Counted from the first letter of the stretch, positions 39,756 through 52,900 are shown. The stretch: DNA of 64,000 nucleotides from Verrucomicrobiia bacterium (GCA_963664225.1 OY760937.1:4320001-4384000), one strand, 5' to 3'. Made by a program: numbers and translations. The notes: generated by a model from the letters alone, not told the origin.

Positions 39756-39903
39756 TTGACAGGCGAAAGGGATGCGGTATAAATACGACAATATAGATCG
39801 TATATAAGACCGAAACGATCTGAGTGAATTTTGTGGGTATTCGGCCATGCAATGTCGCATGGCCGTTTATTGGCCTTAAATAACGACTTAAATGGTAGTA
39901 TAT
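39756..39903 (+). promoter_or_regulatory. Putative sigma70 promoter and two similar 25-bp operator-like boxes
   Basis: TTGACA at 39756, 16-bp spacer, TATAAA; boxes at 39781-39805 and 39879-39903. Confidence 0.5.
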
Positions 39904-40180
39904 GTCGCACGCTGAAAAAAACGAACGGACCCAATCGAACCCGGGAATCGAATCCTGGCTCGCCACCGTCCAAAACCGGGTTCACGCCATCCAGTATGGC
40001 GTCGTGCAAATCACCATCCACGAGGGCCGTGTCACCCAGGTCGATGCGACAGAAAAATTGAGGATTCCCTGGGAGGGCGTCCTGTCAGAGAGCCGACCCC
40101 GCACCGGGAGGCCCGATTCAACCAATATCCAACGCCAGCAAACGCCGACCGGACTCCCGGAAGCCAACTGGGGAGAATAA
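39902..40180 (+). CDS. YezD/DUF2292 (OscA-like) small protein
   Basis: IQYGVVQITIHEGRVTQVDATEKLR signature at the head of a sulfur operon. Confidence 0.8.
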   Translation: MSHAEKNERTQSNPGIESWLATVQNRVHAIQYGVVQITIHEGRVTQVDATEKLRIPWEGVLSESRPRTGRPDSTNIQRQQTPTGLPEANWGE

Positions 40181-40183
40181 ATC

Positions 40184-41227
40184 ATGAGCAAGCAGCTATC
40201 GAAAAATCGTTCCATCCAACGCCTGATTGGCGCCGGGCTGGCCGCATTGCCGGCCTTCGCCCTGAGCGTCAACGCCGTTGACCAGCAGTCAACCGGCGGT
40301 CAACCGGTTGACTCCACCAGCACAACCGCCACCGCGGAATCCAAAACGGACTCAAAACCCGTTCCAGCAGAGAAACCTGCACCGCTTCCCTTGCATCAAA
40401 TCGAGGGAAACGGCGGCATCTTCTCGACCCTCTCCGCCTACCTCGTCAATCCCCCCCGCAACGGCGAATTAGTCGGCCGCCCCAGCGTGGGCTTTGCCTA
40501 CGTCGATATTGGGCAAGGCCGTAATCTGGAAGCCTTTACAATTACCGAGAGTCCCTGGAAACGACTCGAGTTGGGGTATGGTTGGGACCGTCTGGACCTG
40601 GCGGATCTGCCCCAGGACGTCGAACGCGCCACAGGAATCCGCCTGCGCAACGACGAGGTTGAACTCCATAATTTCAACGCCCGCTTGAATCTTGTGAAGG
40701 AAGGCGACTTCGATCAGAAATGGGTGCCCGCAGTCACCTTCGGCACGCATTTCAAATACAACGACGGAATAAAACAAATTTCCGACGACCTCAAGCCCGC
40801 CCTCGGTCCAGGCGGTTTGCAGGCACAAGGCATCACCGGTGATAGCGGAACGGATTTTACCCTTTACGCCTCCAAAATGCTCACTTTCCTGCCGCGCCCC
40901 GTTTTGCTGAACGTTGGAGGTCGGGCCACTGAAGCCGCCCATATCGGATTGCTCGGTTTTACCAGTGATTACGAGTTCGTGGCCGAGGCGAACGTGGTGG
41001 TATTTGTGACCGATCAACTGGCGCTGGCGGCGGAATATCGCCAGAAGCCAAACAACTATAAACCGATTGGGGACCTCGTGGGCCGCGAGGACGACTGGTG
41101 GACCATCGATGCGGCCTATGTGGTGAACAAGAATCTCACGCTGGCGGCCGGTTACGGTCATTTCGGGCAGGTGCTCAACCACGAGGCCAACGGCGTCTGG
41201 GGCATCACCACGAAGTGGGAGTTTTAA
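40184..41227 (+). CDS. DUF3034-like outer-membrane beta-barrel
   Basis: Signal peptide, QIEGNGG, AEYRQKPN, terminal aromatic residue (KWEF). Confidence 0.75.
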   Translation: MSKQLSKNRSIQRLIGAGLAALPAFALSVNAVDQQSTGGQPVDSTSTTATAESKTDSKPVPAEKPAPLPLHQIEGNGGIFSTLSAYLVNPPRNGELVGRPSVGFAYVDIGQGRNLEAFTITESPWKRLELGYGWDRLDLADLPQDVERATGIRLRNDEVELHNFNARLNLVKEGDFDQKWVPAVTFGTHFKYNDGIKQISDDLKPALGPGGLQAQGITGDSGTDFTLYASKMLTFLPRPVLLNVGGRATEAAHIGLLGFTSDYEFVAEANVVVFVTDQLALAAEYRQKPNNYKPIGDLVGREDDWWTIDAAYVVNKNLTLAAGYGHFGQVLNHEANGVWGITTKWEF

Positions 41228-41252
41228 ACAACGATTTGAATTCAACAAATAG

Positions 41253-42569
<1,317 letters not shown>

Positions 42570-42769
42570 GCTGTTCCGCATGACGCATTATTAAGAATTA
42601 AATGGCTCGGATCGGCGGGGGTGCCTCTTTAACCATGGCGCTCGCTCCTCCTGCGAAAGCCTCCGCCGTCCGTGCCATGACCTTCCGACCAGTCGACTGG
42701 CGGTTCACACAATAAAACTGAAATGGAAACTGACCGGATCACCGGAAGTTTCATGCCCGAAATAACTAC

Positions 42770-44179
42770 ATGAAACTTAATCGCATACCATGGGTCACCT
42801 TATTGGCGACCGCGCCGGCTTTGACCTTGAGCGCAGTGGCGCAAAGCTCGCCGGACACAATCGAAGCATTGCAACAACAAATCCAGGAACTTGATCAAAA
42901 AGTGCGGGTGCTGGAGCGAAAACGTGAAATCGATCAGGATACCTCCACGGAAAAGGCGAAAACCACACCCGTGATTTCGGCCGGAGCCAACGGATTCTCA
43001 CTGCGCAGTGCCGACACGAATTTTGTTTTGAAAATTCGCGGATACATCCAGGCCGATGCGCGGTTCTATCCCAATGACAACAGGGGCGGCACCAGCAATG
43101 ACTCCTTCCTGATGCGCCGGGTGCGTCCCATCATCGAGGGCACGGTTTACGACAAGTATGATTATCGGGTGATGATGGATTTTGGAACGGGCATCACAAG
43201 CGCCACCGGCAACAATGGATTTCTTCAGGACGCATACGTGAACGCGCGTTTTCTGCCGGAGTTGCAATTGCAGGTCGGCAAGTTCAAGGAACCGGTCGGT
43301 CTGGAGCGACTCCAGTCCGGTGCCAACCTGCTCTTTGTGGAGCGGGCCTATCCCACTCAATTGGTGCCCAACCGGGATGTTGGTGTGCAATTGCAGGGCG
43401 ATATCTCCGACGGAGTGTTGAACTATGCGGCAGGCGTGTTCAACGGCGTCAACGATGGCGGCAGCGATGACATTGAGACCGCAGACGACGAGAAGGATCT
43501 GGCTGCGCGAATCTTTGTCCATCCATTTAAAACGACTTCCTTTGAGCCACTGCAGAAGCTGGGAATTGGCGTTGCCGGCACCTATGGGAACCAGGAGGGC
43601 GCGCTGCGCACTTTTGTAAGCCCAGGCCAGCAGCGCATCTTCGGTTATCGTTCCGGCGCAGGAACAGCAGCAGCACCCAATGTGGTGGCGGATGGCAACC
43701 ATTGGCGGTTGGTGCCCCAGTTCTATTACTACTGGAAATCGCTGGGAGTCTATGGCGAATACGCCATCAGCGAGCAGAAGCTCAGCCGCAACGCGGGAGG
43801 GGCGCCGGTATTTGGAACCATTAATAATCAAGCCTGGGCCTTATCCGCCTCCTACATCCTGACGGGTGAGGAAAACTCCTTCAAACCGCTCGTGCCAAAA
43901 CATCCATTCAGCATCAACGGTGGAGGGTGGGGCGCATGGGAAGTTGCGGCGCAGATCAGCCAGTTGAAGGTGGATGACGGGGCTTTCCCGTTATTTGCGG
44001 ATCGTTCCACATCAGCCTCGAAGGCCACGTCCTGGGGACTCGGACTGAATTGGTATCTCAACAAAAACGTAAAATTCAATCTGGACTACGAGCAAACCGA
44101 TTTCGAGGACGGGCAGAACACGCCTCTGACGGCGAAAGGGGAGCAAGCCATTCTGGGCCGAGTGCAATTATCGTTCTAA
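42770..44179 (+). CDS. OprO/OprP-family anion-selective porin
   Basis: Signal peptide, coiled N-terminus, FLMRRVRP, LQDAY, GKFKEPVGLE, GLNWYLN, terminal F. Confidence 0.85.
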   Translation: MKLNRIPWVTLLATAPALTLSAVAQSSPDTIEALQQQIQELDQKVRVLERKREIDQDTSTEKAKTTPVISAGANGFSLRSADTNFVLKIRGYIQADARFYPNDNRGGTSNDSFLMRRVRPIIEGTVYDKYDYRVMMDFGTGITSATGNNGFLQDAYVNARFLPELQLQVGKFKEPVGLERLQSGANLLFVERAYPTQLVPNRDVGVQLQGDISDGVLNYAAGVFNGVNDGGSDDIETADDEKDLAARIFVHPFKTTSFEPLQKLGIGVAGTYGNQEGALRTFVSPGQQRIFGYRSGAGTAAAPNVVADGNHWRLVPQFYYYWKSLGVYGEYAISEQKLSRNAGGAPVFGTINNQAWALSASYILTGEENSFKPLVPKHPFSINGGGWGAWEVAAQISQLKVDDGAFPLFADRSTSASKATSWGLGLNWYLNKNVKFNLDYEQTDFEDGQNTPLTAKGEQAILGRVQLSF

Positions 44180-44206
44180 ACCACAAACATCAAAAAATAT
44201 CTGAAT

Positions 44207-45217
44207 ATGAAATCCTTCAAAATATCCACGTTAATAGCCGTATTCGCGCTTCTTTGGAGTGTCGCGATTCAAACCGTTGCCAAAGACATCGCCCTATTGA
44301 ATGTTTCGTATGATCCCACCCGGGAATTCTATCAGGACTACAACATGGCATTTGCGGCCTACTACAAACAAAAGACCGGTCAGAATGTGGTCATCAGCCA
44401 GTCCCATGGCGGCTCAGGCAAGCAGGCTCGCGCTGTGATTGATGGTCTCGACGCCGATGTGGTCACGCTGGCACTCGCCTATGATGTGGATGCCATTGCG
44501 GAAAAGGCGGGCATTCTTCCCAAGGATTGGCAGAAGCGTCTTCCCAACAACAGCGCGCCGTATACCTCGACCATTGTGTTCCTGGTGCGCAAGGGCAATC
44601 CCAAGGGGATCAAGGATTGGGACGATCTGGCCAAACCCGGTGTGTCGGTCATCACGCCCAATCCAAAAACTTCCGGCGGCGCGCGATGGAATTATCTCGG
44701 GGCATGGGGTTATGCCCTGGGCAAGTATGGCAATGACGAGGCAAAAGCGCGTGACTTTGTGACGCGCGTATTCAAGAACGTGCCGGTTCTCGACTCCGGC
44801 GCGCGAGGATCCACGACCACGTTTACGGAGCGCGGCATAGGCGATGTGCTGGTGAACTGGGAAAACGAAGCGTATCTGGTGACCAAGGCGGAAGGTGGCG
44901 ACAAGTTTGAAATTGTCACCCCTTCCGTCAGTATCCTGGCCGAGCCTTCAGTGAGCGTAGTGGACAAGGTAGCCAAGCGAAAGGGTACGTTCGAAGCCGC
45001 CCAAGCTTACCTGGAATACCTTTATTCACCGGAAGGTCAGGCCATTGCGGTCAAACATTATTATCGGCCGCGCTCCGAAGAAGCCGCGGCAACCGCGCAG
45101 TTTACGCAATTGAAACTCATTACCATCGATGAAGTCTTCGGCGGCTGGCAGAAAGCCCAGAAAACACACTTCAGCGATGGTGGCGTGTTCGATCAGATCT
45201 ATCTGCCCACCAAGTAA
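44207..45217 (+). CDS. sbp: Sulfate ABC transporter substrate-binding protein
   Basis: [48 protein letters not shown]. Confidence 0.96.
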   Translation: MKSFKISTLIAVFALLWSVAIQTVAKDIALLNVSYDPTREFYQDYNMAFAAYYKQKTGQNVVISQSHGGSGKQARAVIDGLDADVVTLALAYDVDAIAEKAGILPKDWQKRLPNNSAPYTSTIVFLVRKGNPKGIKDWDDLAKPGVSVITPNPKTSGGARWNYLGAWGYALGKYGNDEAKARDFVTRVFKNVPVLDSGARGSTTTFTERGIGDVLVNWENEAYLVTKAEGGDKFEIVTPSVSILAEPSVSVVDKVAKRKGTFEAAQAYLEYLYSPEGQAIAVKHYYRPRSEEAAATAQFTQLKLITIDEVFGGWQKAQKTHFSDGGVFDQIYLPTK

Positions 45218-45228
45218 CTTAATTCCTT

Positions 45229-46047
45229 GTGACAACGATATCGCTTACACCCGAAGCCCCGGCTGCTCTCAACAAGCGGTCTGTGGCCGACCTGCTGGCT
45301 CCATTGGACGAAATGGTCCGTCGCACCTCCGTCCAGGTGGACACGAAGACGGGCTTTTTCGAAGACGATGGCCAGACGTGTGTTGTGCCGCGGTATCGTT
45401 TCACGGGTCCCACGGGTGGCCTCGAACATCTGAAGGTTGGCATTTTCGCAGGCATTCACGGTGATGAACCGGAAAGCATTCAGGGCTTGATCCAATTTGC
45501 GCGTCTGCTGGAGCAAAGGCCGGATCTGGCCAAGGGCTATACGTTGTTTCTGTATCCAGTCTGCAATCCCACCGGTTACGAGGATGGCACACGGGAATCG
45601 CGCCGGGGCGTGGATCTCAATCGGGAATTCTGGAAAAACTCATTCGAACCTGAGGTGCAGTTCCTGGAAACGGAACTCCTGTCGAATGGTTTCAATGGGT
45701 TGATTGCCTTGCACGGCGATCGCGATAGCCAGGGCGTTTATGGTTATGCGAGCGGTTCCATATTGAACCAAAACCTGTTGGAACCCGCACTCACTGCCGC
45801 TGAGAAAATCATTCCCCGGGATCTTTCACCCGTGATCGATGGATTTCCCGCGCGCAACGGTATTTTGCGAAAGGGATTTGACGGCATCCTGCGCGCCCCA
45901 AGTCGCCTGCGTCCGCGTCCGTTTGAGATCATCTTCGAGGCGCCTCAAGCCGCGTCGCATTACGCTCAGGTCTCCGTGTTTGCCGTCGCCTTGCGCGCCA
46001 TTCTTGTGGAGTACCAGAAGTTCCTTTCCTACGCGGCGAACATCTAA
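45229..46047 (+). CDS. M14-family Zn carboxypeptidase/deacylase
   Basis: GIHGDE, PVCNPTG, DLNREF, LHGD, FEAP. Confidence 0.82.
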   Translation: MTTISLTPEAPAALNKRSVADLLAPLDEMVRRTSVQVDTKTGFFEDDGQTCVVPRYRFTGPTGGLEHLKVGIFAGIHGDEPESIQGLIQFARLLEQRPDLAKGYTLFLYPVCNPTGYEDGTRESRRGVDLNREFWKNSFEPEVQFLETELLSNGFNGLIALHGDRDSQGVYGYASGSILNQNLLEPALTAAEKIIPRDLSPVIDGFPARNGILRKGFDGILRAPSRLRPRPFEIIFEAPQAASHYAQVSVFAVALRAILVEYQKFLSYAANI

Positions 46048-46886
46048 TGCGCATACATCGCTTGAAACAAAACAACGTCCTGCCGGGCTTCGGATTGACG
46101 CTGGGTTATACGTTGCTCTATCTCTCGATCATCGTGCTCATCCCATTGTCGGCGGCCTTTCTCAAAACCGCCACGATTGGATGGGCCGAGTTCTGGCACA
46201 CAATCTCCGCACCGCGGGTGGTGGCCTCCTACCGCCTGACATTCACGGTCTCATTTCTGGCCGCGCTGGCGAACATGGGGTTCGGTCTCTTGGTGGCTTG
46301 GGTGCTGGTGCGATACCGGTTTCCCGGGCGCAAACTGTTGGACGCCGTGGTGGATTTGCCTTTTGCGCTCCCTACCGCAGTGGCCGGCATCGCGTTGACG
46401 TCCATCTACGCCAAAGAGGGCCTTGCGGGGCGCTGGCTGGAACCGCTCGGAATCCGGGTGGCGTTCACGCCACTGGGCATCTGGGTGGCGCTGACGTTCA
46501 TAGGACTTCCCTTTGTGGTGCGCACGGTACAGCCGGTCCTCGAGGATTTGGACAAGGAATTGGAGGAAGCCGCCGCAAGTCTGGGAGCCTCGCGTGGTCA
46601 GACCATTCGCCGCGTGATTCTCCCCATGATATGGCCCTCGCTGCTCACGGGCTTTTCGCTCGCCTTTGCCCGTGCGCTCGGCGAATACGGCTCGGTGGTG
46701 TTTATCTCGGGTAACATGCCCATGCGCACGGAAATTACGCCGCTGCTCATCATCACAAAACTCGAGCAATACGATTACACCGGGGCCACGTCCATCGCGG
46801 TGGTCATGCTGGTTGTCTCTTTCGTGTTGCTGCTCTCCATCAATGGCCTGCAGGCGTGGAGCCTGCGCAAACAATCCCTTTCCTGA
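46047..46886 (+). CDS. cysT: Sulfate ABC permease CysT
   Basis: [42 protein letters not shown]. Confidence 0.95.
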   Translation: MRIHRLKQNNVLPGFGLTLGYTLLYLSIIVLIPLSAAFLKTATIGWAEFWHTISAPRVVASYRLTFTVSFLAALANMGFGLLVAWVLVRYRFPGRKLLDAVVDLPFALPTAVAGIALTSIYAKEGLAGRWLEPLGIRVAFTPLGIWVALTFIGLPFVVRTVQPVLEDLDKELEEAAASLGASRGQTIRRVILPMIWPSLLTGFSLAFARALGEYGSVVFISGNMPMRTEITPLLIITKLEQYDYTGATSIAVVMLVVSFVLLLSINGLQAWSLRKQSLS

Positions 46887-46897
46887 ACTCTTGTACC

Positions 46898-47785
46898 ATG
46901 TCTGCAATTCAATCCGCCGCCGCACGCGAACAATCCCCGCCGCCCATTCAGGAATCGGGGTGGATGCGTGTGCTTCTAATATTGACCGCAATTTTCGTCA
47001 TGGGCGCATTTTTATTGCTACCGCTCTTCGCCGTTTTCGCGCAGGCGCTGGGTAAGGGATTGAGCGCCTATTTCAAGGCGATTACCGAACCTGCCGCATG
47101 GGCCGCTATCCGGCTTACCTTGATCACCGCGCTCGTTGCCGTGCCCCTCAACACGGTTTTCGGAGTCGCCGCCGCCTGGGCCATCGCCAAGTTTCAATTT
47201 TTCGGACGGAACTTTTTGATCACCCTGATCGATCTGCCCTTTTCCGTTTCGCCGGTGGTCTCGGGATTGATCTACGTGCTGGTCTTTGGACGCCAGGGCT
47301 GGATGGGATCCTGGCTGGATGATCACAACATCAAAATCATTTTCGCGCTGCCGGGCATCGTGCTGGCGACCACCTTTGTCACGTTCCCGTTTGTGGCGCG
47401 CGAATTGATTCCCCTCATGCAGAGCCAGGGGCGGGACGAGGAGGAGGCGGCGCTGGTGCTGGGCGCGGGCGGTTGGAAAACCTTCTGGCGCGTGACACTG
47501 CCCAATATCAAGTGGGGGCTTCTCTATGGAGTCATTTTGTGCAACGCCCGCGCGATGGGCGAATTCGGTGCGGTATCTGTGGTTTCCGGCCATGTGCGCG
47601 GGCTGACCAATACCATGCCGCTGCACATCGAGATTCTTTACAACGAATATCAATTCACCGCAGCCTTTGCGGTGGCGTCGCTGCTGACCCTGTTGGCGCT
47701 GGTGACTCTGGTCTTAAAAACTTTCGTCGAAGCCAAGGCTCGCAGGGAGCATTCCAACACACCAGCGCACGGCGCATCCGTATGA
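46898..47785 (+). CDS. cysW: Sulfate ABC permease CysW
   Basis: [45 protein letters not shown]. Confidence 0.95.
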   Translation: MSAIQSAAAREQSPPPIQESGWMRVLLILTAIFVMGAFLLLPLFAVFAQALGKGLSAYFKAITEPAAWAAIRLTLITALVAVPLNTVFGVAAAWAIAKFQFFGRNFLITLIDLPFSVSPVVSGLIYVLVFGRQGWMGSWLDDHNIKIIFALPGIVLATTFVTFPFVARELIPLMQSQGRDEEEAALVLGAGGWKTFWRVTLPNIKWGLLYGVILCNARAMGEFGAVSVVSGHVRGLTNTMPLHIEILYNEYQFTAAFAVASLLTLLALVTLVLKTFVEAKARREHSNTPAHGASV

Positions 47786-48858
47786 GCATCAAAGTCGAAA
47801 GCATTTCAAAAACATTTGGCGCCTATCAGGCGTTGAACCGGGTGAGCCTGGAGGTCCAGACCGGTGAGTTGGTGGCCTTGCTCGGGCCGTCCGGTTCCGG
47901 CAAGACCACGTTATTGCGCATCATCGCCGGGCTGGAATTCGCGGATCGGGATTCCGGCCATATTGAGATCGAAGGACGCGAGGTGACGGCCTGGCACGCG
48001 CGGGATCGCCAGATCGGCTTTGTCTTTCAACATTACGCGCTGTTCCGTCATCTGACGGTGTTTGAGAATATCGCCTTTGGTTTGCGGGTGCGCCCGCGTG
48101 CGCAGCGGCCCTCCGAGGAGGCGATTCAAAAGAAGGTCGCCGAGTTGCTCAAATTGGTGCAAATCGCGGAATTGGCCCAGCGGTTTCCATCCCAGCTTTC
48201 CGGCGGACAACGTCAGCGTGTGGCTCTGGCGCGATCCCTGGCTGTGGAGCCGCGAGTGCTTTTGCTCGACGAACCCTTTGGCGCATTGGACGCCAAGGTG
48301 CGCAAGGATTTGCGCCGGTGGCTGCGCCGCCTGCATGATGAAATTCATGTCACCAGCCTGTTTGTCACGCATGACCAGGATGAGGCGCTCGAGGTGGCGG
48401 ACCGCGTGGTGGTGATGAACAAGGGACACATCGAGCAAATCGGCACTCCAGCCGAAGTCTATGATCGCCCGGCCAATCCCTTTGTGTATGACTTTCTAGG
48501 CAATGTGAATCTCTTCCGGGGCCGGGTGGAGTCCGGCCGTGTGCATATCGGCCGCGCCGAATACGCCATGCCGGAGCATGAAGCGTCCAAGGACGCACCC
48601 GCCATTGCCTATGTGCGCCCGCACGACATTAAAATCCATCGGCAGATTGCAGGACCGGATTTCATTCCTGCATCAATCAAGTTGATCAATCCAATGGGAT
48701 CCGTCGTGCGCCTTCAACTCGATGCATTGGATGAATCGGGCGCGTTTGAAGTGGAACTGACCCGCGAGGAATGGACGCTCCACAAATACCTGGTGGGCGA
48801 AAACGTCTTCGTGGAATTACGCAATCTTCGTGTCTTTGCGGAGGATTATTCGATTTAG
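47782..48858 (+). CDS. cysA: Sulfate ABC ATP-binding protein CysA
   Basis: [39 protein letters not shown]-terminal TOBE-like region. Confidence 0.95.
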   Translation: MSIKVESISKTFGAYQALNRVSLEVQTGELVALLGPSGSGKTTLLRIIAGLEFADRDSGHIEIEGREVTAWHARDRQIGFVFQHYALFRHLTVFENIAFGLRVRPRAQRPSEEAIQKKVAELLKLVQIAELAQRFPSQLSGGQRQRVALARSLAVEPRVLLLDEPFGALDAKVRKDLRRWLRRLHDEIHVTSLFVTHDQDEALEVADRVVVMNKGHIEQIGTPAEVYDRPANPFVYDFLGNVNLFRGRVESGRVHIGRAEYAMPEHEASKDAPAIAYVRPHDIKIHRQIAGPDFIPASIKLINPMGSVVRLQLDALDESGAFEVELTREEWTLHKYLVGENVFVELRNLRVFAEDYSI

Positions 48859-48947
48859 GCTGGAATCACAACCGTGAATTGTTGAAGGCGGCTCAAGATT
48901 AAATCTTGATTGCGGAGGTCGCACGTCGGTGCATTGGCGAGCTCTGG

Positions 48948-49346
48948 CTACACACGGCGGTTAAGGCTGTAAAATACATAGGGGGCAACGGCTATCCAGA
49001 GCAACAGGACAATCCATATGCGCCCTTTCAGGATATTATAGTTTCCGAGCAATTCAGTCCATGAATGGCCGCCAACATAGTGAAATACCAGGAATTCAAA
49101 AGCCATGGTCAGAGCCATCCAAAACAAGCCAATTGAGATCGCTTCATGGCCTGAGGATGGCGGATATAACCGCACAAATCCCCAGATGACGATACCCAGC
49201 AATAGACTCCCGATGACGGTGGAGAGTTGATGACCTGCAAGTTCACTGATCCGCTTCCCATAGGTGAAATCCCGTAAGGCGCCGTTTGCCACGGCGATTA
49301 CAAGCATCACAAACCACGCTGCCAAATAGCGCCAAATCATATCCAC
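48948..49346 (-). CDS. Hypothetical 4-TM membrane protein
   Basis: Four hydrophobic segments; ANGALR, HQLST, GRIW. Confidence 0.7.
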   Translation of the reverse strand: MDMIWRYLAAWFVMLVIAVANGALRDFTYGKRISELAGHQLSTVIGSLLLGIVIWGFVRLYPPSSGHEAISIGLFWMALTMAFEFLVFHYVGGHSWTELLGNYNILKGRIWIVLLLWIAVAPYVFYSLNRRV

Positions 49347-49721
49347 TCACCAGAAATTGTTTCGTTTTTTAGTAACGACCCGAACCTCCGATCGTTATAG
49401 GAGAAGAACCATATGTTTTAGAGCGTGATTGGATAATCCGGTCAAGAAGCAAGATGCCATGTTTTGCGTAGCGCTTTTATGCGGTTACTGTAGGACTCCG
49501 CATAATGGGGGGATTCCAGACCCGATTTTTAAACACACCGTTGGATTGATCGACTCGGTTGCGAGGCTCGATTCTTTGCCTTGGTCTTGATCGAGAACTT
49601 TTGGGACTGTTTTTACCTTACATAATTCCACAGGAACGCGTAGGATGGTGACCATGAATGATAATTTAATGGACCGGACGAATGCCGTCGCGCGCCAGGC
49701 CAAGTGGATGGACGGAATTCG

Positions 49722-50867
49722 ATGAATTCGGCGGTTTTTGAACTCGTATCGGGCGTCATTGAGCGGTCCAGCCGGGAGCAACCGTCGGATGCGGTGTTGC
49801 GGGCCAGTTTGCGCGAGGCTCAGGGATTGGAGCCGGAGGATTCCGCGGCGGTGTGCGAAGCGGTGAACGCCTACTTTCGATGGTTCGGTTGGCTGCGGCC
49901 GGAGGACCGGATGCGCCAGAAAATCCAGGAGGCGCTGGATTTGGACCACCGGTTTCATACGAATCGCAATGCATTTACCGATTTGGAATACCGGAAGCGG
50001 TGCGTCCCAGAATGGGTGACGGCAGAGTTGGACGTCACAACGGCTTGGGCGAAGTCCCTCCAGCGTGACACGCGGTTGTGGCTGCGGGCGAAACCGGGCC
50101 GGGCCCCCGTGTTGGCGGAGCTTTTGGGAGATTGCGCGGCCCCGGTATCGGTGTCCCGATTGGATGCTCTGGTGTATCTGGGAATGCGGGATTTATTTCA
50201 AACGTCGGAGTTTCATCGCGGCGAGTTTGAAATTCAGGACTTGAGTTCGCAATGCGTGGGCCTGATTTGCGATCCAACGCCTGGTTCCAAGTGGTGGGAT
50301 GCGTGCGCGGGCGAGGGGGGCAAGACCCTGCATTTGGGTGCGCTCATGCAGAACAAGGGATTGATTGTGGCCAGTGACCGTGCTGCCTGGCGTCTGGAAA
50401 AGCTCAAGCGGCGGACCGCCCGGGCGCAGATGTTCAATTATCGGGCGGCGCAGTGGAACGGCGGCGTGAAGTTGCCGTTCAAAACGCTTTTTGACGGGGT
50501 GCTGGTCGATGCTCCTTGCAGTGGCATCGGCACCTGGCAGCGGAATCCACAGGCCCGCTGGACGACCACCGCGCAGGATGTGGCGGAATTGGCTCAGTGC
50601 CAGTTCGATTTATTGAATCACGCGGCCCACGCGGTGAAACCGGGCGGGAAACTTGTTTATTCGGTTTGCACGCTCACGCGCAAAGAGACGGATATGGTGG
50701 CCGATGCACTGGAAAAAGCACATCCAGAACTTCAGCCTCTGGCTGTGGCTCATCCCTTGAAACCCAAGTCAACAGCAGCCCGGCACTGGTTTTGGCCTGA
50801 GGATCATGGCGCAAATGGCATGTTTGTCGCGGTCTGGAAGCGGGCGGCGGTTGCAGCAGCAACATGA
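49722..50867 (+). CDS. RsmB/NOP2-family RNA m5C methyltransferase
   Basis: FEIQDLSSQ, DACAGEGGKT, LVDAPCSGIG, LVYSVCT. Confidence 0.9.
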   Translation: MNSAVFELVSGVIERSSREQPSDAVLRASLREAQGLEPEDSAAVCEAVNAYFRWFGWLRPEDRMRQKIQEALDLDHRFHTNRNAFTDLEYRKRCVPEWVTAELDVTTAWAKSLQRDTRLWLRAKPGRAPVLAELLGDCAAPVSVSRLDALVYLGMRDLFQTSEFHRGEFEIQDLSSQCVGLICDPTPGSKWWDACAGEGGKTLHLGALMQNKGLIVASDRAAWRLEKLKRRTARAQMFNYRAAQWNGGVKLPFKTLFDGVLVDAPCSGIGTWQRNPQARWTTTAQDVAELAQCQFDLLNHAAHAVKPGGKLVYSVCTLTRKETDMVADALEKAHPELQPLAVAHPLKPKSTAARHWFWPEDHGANGMFVAVWKRAAVAAAT

Positions 50868-50908
50868 TTGCAGTGGTGTTGATTTAGCCCTTTCGAGGGC
50901 ATGAAAAA

Positions 50909-50944
50909 GGGGTCTGTGGCAGACAGTCGTTCGCCACAGATCCC
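50909..50944. terminator. Hairpin between convergent genes
   Basis: GGGTCTGTGGC...GCCACAGATCCC preceded by an A-run. Confidence 0.55.
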
Positions 50945-50965
50945 GTTGCATTTCAAAATCCAGCG

Positions 50966-52636
50966 TCAGCTCAGGAAAAAGATGACCAGAAGTTGGGCGC
51001 ACAGAACGCGCAGGAGCATGGTCAACGGATAGACCGTGGCATAGGAGATGGACGGTGCATCCGAGGCGGCGATGGTATTCGCAAAGGCCAGGGCCGGTGG
51101 ATCGGTCATGCTGCCGGCCAGCACGCCGCACAAGCTCATAAAATTGAGCTTATAGAAGGCGCGTGCCACCAGACCGACGATCAGCAGTGGAATGATGGTG
51201 ATCAGGGCCGCGCAACCCATCCAGTAAAAGCCAGGGCCTTGCAGGAGAGTGGCCACGAATTGATCGCCCGCCTTGAGTCCAACACAGGACAGGAACAACA
51301 CGATCCCCATCTCGCGCAGCATGAAATTCGCGCTCAAGGGCATGTAATAAATCAACGGCCCGATACGGCCGATGCGGCTCAGGATGATGGCGATGACCAG
51401 GGGACCACCGGCCAGGCCCAGTTTCACCGGCGCGGGCATCGAGCCCAGGTGAACCGGCCAACTGCCAAAGATCACGCCCAGCGCGATACCCACGAAAATA
51501 GGCAGAATCTGCGGGTGGTTCAATTGTTTGGGCGAGTTGCCCAGTTCCTTGGCTGCACGATCGATATCCTCGGATTCACCCACCAGCAGAAGGGTGTCGG
51601 CAAATTGAAGACGCAGGCTGGGTGTGGGTGTGAATTCGATTTCGGCGCGGCTCACGCGCGTGGCCGTGACCTCGAAACGGCCTTGGAGATCGAGTTCGTC
51701 AAACGAATGGCCGAGAATGTTCTTCTGTGTCACCAGAACACGACGTGTGGTGATATGGCTGGACAGGGATTTAATATCGACCTCCGCCACATGGCCGATG
51801 ATCATCTTGATGGCGTCGATATCGGCTTGGGCGCCGACCACATGCACGATGTCATTGCTGTGCAATATGGTGTCGGGTGAGGCCACATCCACTTGCTTGC
51901 CCTTAAGGACGCGCGAGATTACGACGCCCGATTCATCGATGCCTGGGATTTTTGAGATGGGCAGGCCGTTGAGGTTTTCGTTTGTGACCACCAGATTTGC
52001 AGTGGTGAGTTTGGATGCGGTGGTTTGCATCTGTTTGGCAAACTCGGAGGCTTCAGTGCCGGGCTGGATGCGGAAAAGGAGGCGCACCAAACCCATGGTC
52101 AGGATGATGCCCAGAATGCCAAAAGGATAGGCCACGGCGTAACCCAGACCCGGCATTTTTCCCATTTGCTCAGTGAAGTCGGGCAGGTTCTTTAGCGCCT
52201 GCTGGGCCGCACCCAACGCCGGGGTGTTTGTCGTGGCGCCCGCGAAGAGACCCACCGCCACGCTCATATCGATGTGTCCCAGCAGAACAATGCCTATGGT
52301 AACGGCCACGCCCAGCAGGACAATGGAGGCGGCCATCAGGTTGAGTGGCAACCCCTGCCTTCGCAATGAGGCCACAAATCCCGGACCCACCTGCATGCCG
52401 ATGGTGTAAACGAAAAGAATCAAACCGAATTCCCGGACAAACTCCAGGACGTGCGGATCCATGGTGTAGTGGAAATGTCCGAACAACAGGCCGGAGAACA
52501 GCACACCGGCAATGCCCAGGCTGATTCCATAAATGCGCAGACTGCCAAGGAACACGCCTGCCGCGGCCACCAAGCTTAGAATTAAAAGAGAATGAGCGAC
52601 TGTTTCGCCCTTTAACAGTTCCGTTAACCAATCCAT
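50966..52636 (-). CDS. YidE/YbjL (AspT-type) transporter with two TrkA-C domains
   Basis: LGIAGVLF, FVYTIGMQVGP, GATTNTPALGA, GGPL, GSMTDPPAL, YATVYP. Confidence 0.9.
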   Translation of the reverse strand: MDWLTELLKGETVAHSLLILSLVAAAGVFLGSLRIYGISLGIAGVLFSGLLFGHFHYTMDPHVLEFVREFGLILFVYTIGMQVGPGFVASLRRQGLPLNLMAASIVLLGVAVTIGIVLLGHIDMSVAVGLFAGATTNTPALGAAQQALKNLPDFTEQMGKMPGLGYAVAYPFGILGIILTMGLVRLLFRIQPGTEASEFAKQMQTTASKLTTANLVVTNENLNGLPISKIPGIDESGVVISRVLKGKQVDVASPDTILHSNDIVHVVGAQADIDAIKMIIGHVAEVDIKSLSSHITTRRVLVTQKNILGHSFDELDLQGRFEVTATRVSRAEIEFTPTPSLRLQFADTLLLVGESEDIDRAAKELGNSPKQLNHPQILPIFVGIALGVIFGSWPVHLGSMPAPVKLGLAGGPLVIAIILSRIGRIGPLIYYMPLSANFMLREMGIVLFLSCVGLKAGDQFVATLLQGPGFYWMGCAALITIIPLLIVGLVARAFYKLNFMSLCGVLAGSMTDPPALAFANTIAASDAPSISYATVYPLTMLLRVLCAQLLVIFFLS

Positions 52637-52900
52637 ACCACTCGTCCTTTTCGATTTATTATTATGTCTAATGTTTTATGAATAAAATCTATAAACATTT
52701 AGAACCGCTTATAAATGCGGTCGCAGACTATTAAGGTAAGCTACTGGGATTAGCAATCTTTTTCGATTTTTCGAACGAAAAAAAGTTCTGTTTCCAAGGT
52801 AAAATTAGAAAAACAAGGGGGCGTGTCATTGGCCCCCACTCGTATAAACCACTCGAAGTTTCTTGTGATCAGATTCTTACGTAACACTTATGAAAGCTCA

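Noticed and set aside
48893..48909. Palindrome TCAAGATT-A-AATCTTGA
   Set aside because: Single copy between convergent gene ends; nothing further supports a role.
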